Source: Felis catus
Lineage: Eukaryota
Assembly: GCF_018350175.1 (NCBI RefSeq)
Contig: NC_058369.1
Location: 14,882,001 to 14,946,000, forward strand
Direction: 5' to 3'
DNA: 64,000 nt
Position 1 is the first letter of the stretch, and each line of letters starts with the position of its first letter. The position numbers and the translations under genes are program-made. Under the pieces are notes generated by a model. That model ran no database searches. It saw only the letters and a program-made list of their open reading frames with translations, and was not told the origin of the DNA. Of the stretch, positions 60,638 to 64,000 are shown piece by piece.

Positions 60638-60926
60638 GTGAGTACTGTGGCCACGGTCCATGCCTGGGGGGAGGATGGGCAGGTCCTAGGGGACCAGCTG
60701 CAGGCCCCTCGGGGCTTTGGGAGCACATACATTTCTGGGGTAGACCCAAGACCCAAGCCAAATTCTGGGCGGGTATCTGTCTAGATCTGAAGGACCCTTT
60801 ACCTTTCCAAAGGGCCACTTCACAAGTTCCTGAGAGTCCCCGGGGGCACAGTCTGGGAGAGGAAGGAGGCGGTTGGGTATCTGGCTACCTGCCCTGAGTG
60901 AGGACCCTTCTTGCGTGTGTCTGCAG

Positions 60927-61021
60927 GGTCACACAGACATCTTGGTGGGAGTGAAAGCCGAAATGGGGACGCCGAAGCTGGAGAAACCCAATGAAGGGTA
61001 CTTGGAGTTCTTCGTTGACTG
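60927..61021 (+). CDS. EXOSC7: EXOSC7 exon 3 (95 nt): GHTDILVGVKAEMGTPKLEKPNEGYLEFFVD(C)
   Basis: Continues exon 2 in phase 0. Acceptor ctgcag|GG, donor TG|gtcagt. Later exons are outside the window. Confidence 0.97.
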
Positions 61022-61074
61022 GTCAGTACCATGCATGTGTTTTTAAAGAAAAACGATTTAAAAGAAGATTCAGA

Positions 61075-61262
61075 GGGGTGCCCGGGTGGCTCAGTCGGTT
61101 AAGTGTCCAGCTCTTGATTTTAGTTCAGGACATGATCTCATGGTGATGAGATCAAGCCCCGCCTCAGGCTCCACCCTGATCGTGGAACCTGCTTAAGATT
61201 CTCTCTCTGTCTCCCTCTGTCACTCCCCCACTTGCAGGTGCACCTTCTCTCAAATAAATAAG
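61075..61262 (+). mobile_element. CAN-SINE
   Basis: Starts about 54 nt after the EXOSC7 exon 3 donor. Confidence 0.9.
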
Positions 61263-62104
61263 AAAGTAAGTAAGTGAGTAGGTAGATTGGAGACTGGATC
61301 TCTGGTTTCCTTTGAGCCCGCTTTGATTTTGTATTCAGTCATCACCTCTGCAGCCAGCAGGTATTTCCTGCACCCCTCCTATGCGCCAGGCACTGGGGTG
61401 TGTGGAAGAAGGCCTTGGCTCGAGTCCTGCCCTTGTCCTAGTCACCTGGCCCGCACTGGGCCTCGTCCCTGTTGGAGAAAGGAGGGCACCAGGCAGCCCA
61501 GCACATGGTTGTTATGAGAGTCCGGTGAAATGGTGGGTATTACAGTGCTTTGAAGAATATCAAACATAGGTAAATAAGGATCATTTGGTCTAAAATGTCT
61601 TGTTTCTCCTCCTGCTCTAGTTTTGCAGAAAACTTTTCATGACTTGCTTGGCAGAGCAAGGACGAGGGCCGGCCAAATAGCCTGACAGACAGAGGGAGCG
61701 GCAGCTAGGCAGGCCGCGCGGCTGCTAGAAGAGTGAGGACTCCAAAGTTTCTGCAGCAGCCAGCCTTCTCTGGCCAGCTGTGTGATCTCAGGCTGGTTAC
61801 CTAGTCTCTCTGTGCCTAAGTTTCTTTATCTAAAAAATCGGGGTACTAATACTCTTGTGAGGATGACAGAATGAAATAAGGAAGGCAGAGTGAGTGCCAG
61901 CACCGTGACTGGCTCCCAGCGGGCTTTCCGTGAGTGTTCTTTCTCCCTCCTGTTGCCTCCCCTTTCTCCGGCCTTGGGCTTTTTAAACCTGGGATCCTAG
62001 CTCAGTCCCTCTTCTGTCTAGAACGTTGCTTCTAACTAGATGGTGACGGCAGGCTTTCTCGAGGTGAGTGAGGCTCTCTATTAGCTCATGCTGGGTGCAG
62101 GTCT

Positions 62105-62536
62105 GTAATACTGGTTCTGTATGGGAGTCCCCAAGACCACTCCCGTATTTGGAGATTTGCTGGAAGGACCCCCAGGACTTAGCATATAGTTGTACTCGCA
62201 GCTGAGATTTATCATAGCCACGAAACACGGCAACGTGTGTGATGATTCTGCCCATGAAAGCCCATTAGAGACTCGGCCCCCGAGATTTTCACTGGGGCTG
62301 GTCACATGGGCTCCCTCTGCTTAACACGTACCAAAATTTCCAAATCCCAGAAGGAAAGCAGATCCTCCCCTTATCATATTATTTGCACAAATAGTCTAGG
62401 CACAGCAGACCACAGTTCACTGTTGACTGGAAACACTCTGAGTCAAGTTCCCAGATGCCAGCCGAGGGCCCACCTTTCAAGCAGGCCCTTCCAAAGATAG
62501 CAGCCTTGGGCCCGCTGTGTCCGCCTTTTCGGCATA
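62105..62536. mobile_element. MER21-like LTR
   Basis: gtccccaagaccactccc...ggacttagcatatagttgtactc...caagttcccagatgccagccgagggcccacctttcaagcaggccctt. Confidence 0.75.
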
Positions 62537-63664
62537 GATGCCAACCTCCATTTACATGGTGAGTTAGATTCTTCTGATCTTCTTCCAAACTCAGAAGTTT
62601 GTCCTCACGACATTCCTATGAGAGAGACAACCAACTTGGTTGAGAGAAGGTAAACAAACCCCCGGGGTCACAGAGCTAGTAATGCCGGCTCGGGCCTCTC
62701 CGACCCTGAGTCTTGCCTTGTTCTACTTCGCGCAGCCTACAGAAGCCAGCTTGCCGGGGGTGTGGTGCTCAGAGTTCCGAGAACGTATCCGCGTTCGGCT
62801 TTCTGGCCAGTATTCCTTCCAGCCCATTCCTGCACCCTGCCCTGCGAGACGCCCCCCCACCCCCCGCCCCCAGCCAGCCGTCTCCTCTTCTGGTTGGACC
62901 CGCCTCCCCTCGCCGATCTGAGCTGTCCAGTGGGACTGGCTCATCCTTTAAGCTGCCGTGGATGGTGGTGACCCTGTTCGGGCCTCCAGCTGATTCCTTT
63001 GCTGTCGGTGGAAGAAAAATGTCTCTCCTGGCCTTGACCTGCCTAATTCAGTGTAGTGAACGGTCACCGAGGGGCAGACACCATGTGTGGGGAACTGTAA
63101 TTTGCTTTTCTTTTCTTCCTCCTCACTGTCTTCTACCTCCTTCATCTTTGGCAGACCACAGGCAGTCAGCCCAGCCACACCAAAGGGAAGGTGTTGCCTT
63201 CAGATGCTAGGTATAGGGGACACATTTCACTGTGGCTCCGTGTCTGAACACGACTCCGGGTTAGCCTGCTGCTCTTGTCCCAACTGTGAAGGAAGGGAGG
63301 CTCCAGGGTGGGAGGAGGCAGGGAACTGCCTCTTCCCAAGATCCGGCTCCCAGGAGTAGCTTCCCCCTCCCGGCTGAGCTGGGCTGCCCGTTCCTCTCTT
63401 CTCTCCCCTCTCTTCTCTCAGGAGACCCTCAACAGGCCCAGAAGCTCCAGTTCCCAGGGAGTCCTCCTTGATTCTCTTTCAAGATGGATAGTCTCAAGTG
63501 GCACATTTTAGTGTCTTATTTAAGCGGCTCAGTTACTGTGATAGAATCACCATGAGAGATTCACAAAACCTCATATTCCTACAGAGAAGGGAGATGTTGA
63601 TTCACCAAGCACTGCTGACTGCCACCTTTATCAAAGCCTCATCTGAATCTTCAAAGAGCAACTC

Positions 63665-63876
63665 TTTTTTTTTTTATTTTTAATGTTTGTTTTTGAGAGA
63701 GAGACAGATGGAGTGCGATCCAGGCAGGGGCAGGGAGGGAGGGAGACGGAATCCGAAGCAGGCTCCAGGCTCCAAGCTGTGAGCACAGAGCCCGACACAA
63801 GGCTCGAACCATGAACTGCAAGATCATGACCTGAGCCGAAGTCGGACGCTTAACCCACTGCGCCACCCAGGCGCCC
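63665..63876 (-). mobile_element. CAN-SINE
   Basis: TSD aaagagcaactctt at 63653-63666 and 63878-63891. Confidence 0.93.
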
Positions 63877-64000
63877 TAAAGAGCAACTCTTAATTGCATA
63901 AACAAACAAACCCCTTTATTCCCATCCAGTGACTAGGAATGTAGATGTGCCCAGCTCTAAGGCTTTTACCCACGAAGCCCTTCCGCAGGAGAGCCCAGGG

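Overview
This is mammalian genomic DNA, almost certainly from a felid: it is dense in carnivore tRNA-derived CAN-SINEs, including young SINEC_Fc-type copies. Two protein-coding genes sit head-to-head on one CpG island at about 47.6-48.5 kb. ZDHHC3 (Golgi DHHC palmitoyltransferase, minus strand) has a non-coding exon 1 ending at 47905 and five coding exons: 29548-29853, 13866-13990, 7088-7184, 6350-6431 and 2326-2456. Its last exon lies beyond the left edge. EXOSC7 (RNA exosome core subunit RRP42, plus strand) has exons 1-3 at 48242-48298, 60536-60637 and 60927-61021, and the rest lies beyond the right edge. All splice sites are GT-AG and the phases join without stops. The remainder is intronic: about 45 CAN-SINEs, MLT1/MER21/LTR33-like LTRs, Tigger-like, MER58 and MER5 DNA elements, L1, L2 and MIR relics, and simple repeats. 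I found no novel gene system, CRISPR array or RNA gene. The best leads are regulatory: (1) a 98-nt ZDHHC3 cassette exon that stays in frame only when paired with a +4-nt shifted donor; (2) a second in-frame cassette exon between exons 5 and 6; (3) a uORF-loaded ZDHHC3 leader; (4) a very compact bidirectional promoter; (5) serial SINE insertion into one target site. Repeat boundaries are approximate. Repeat family names and comparisons with human isoforms come from memory, not from a search.
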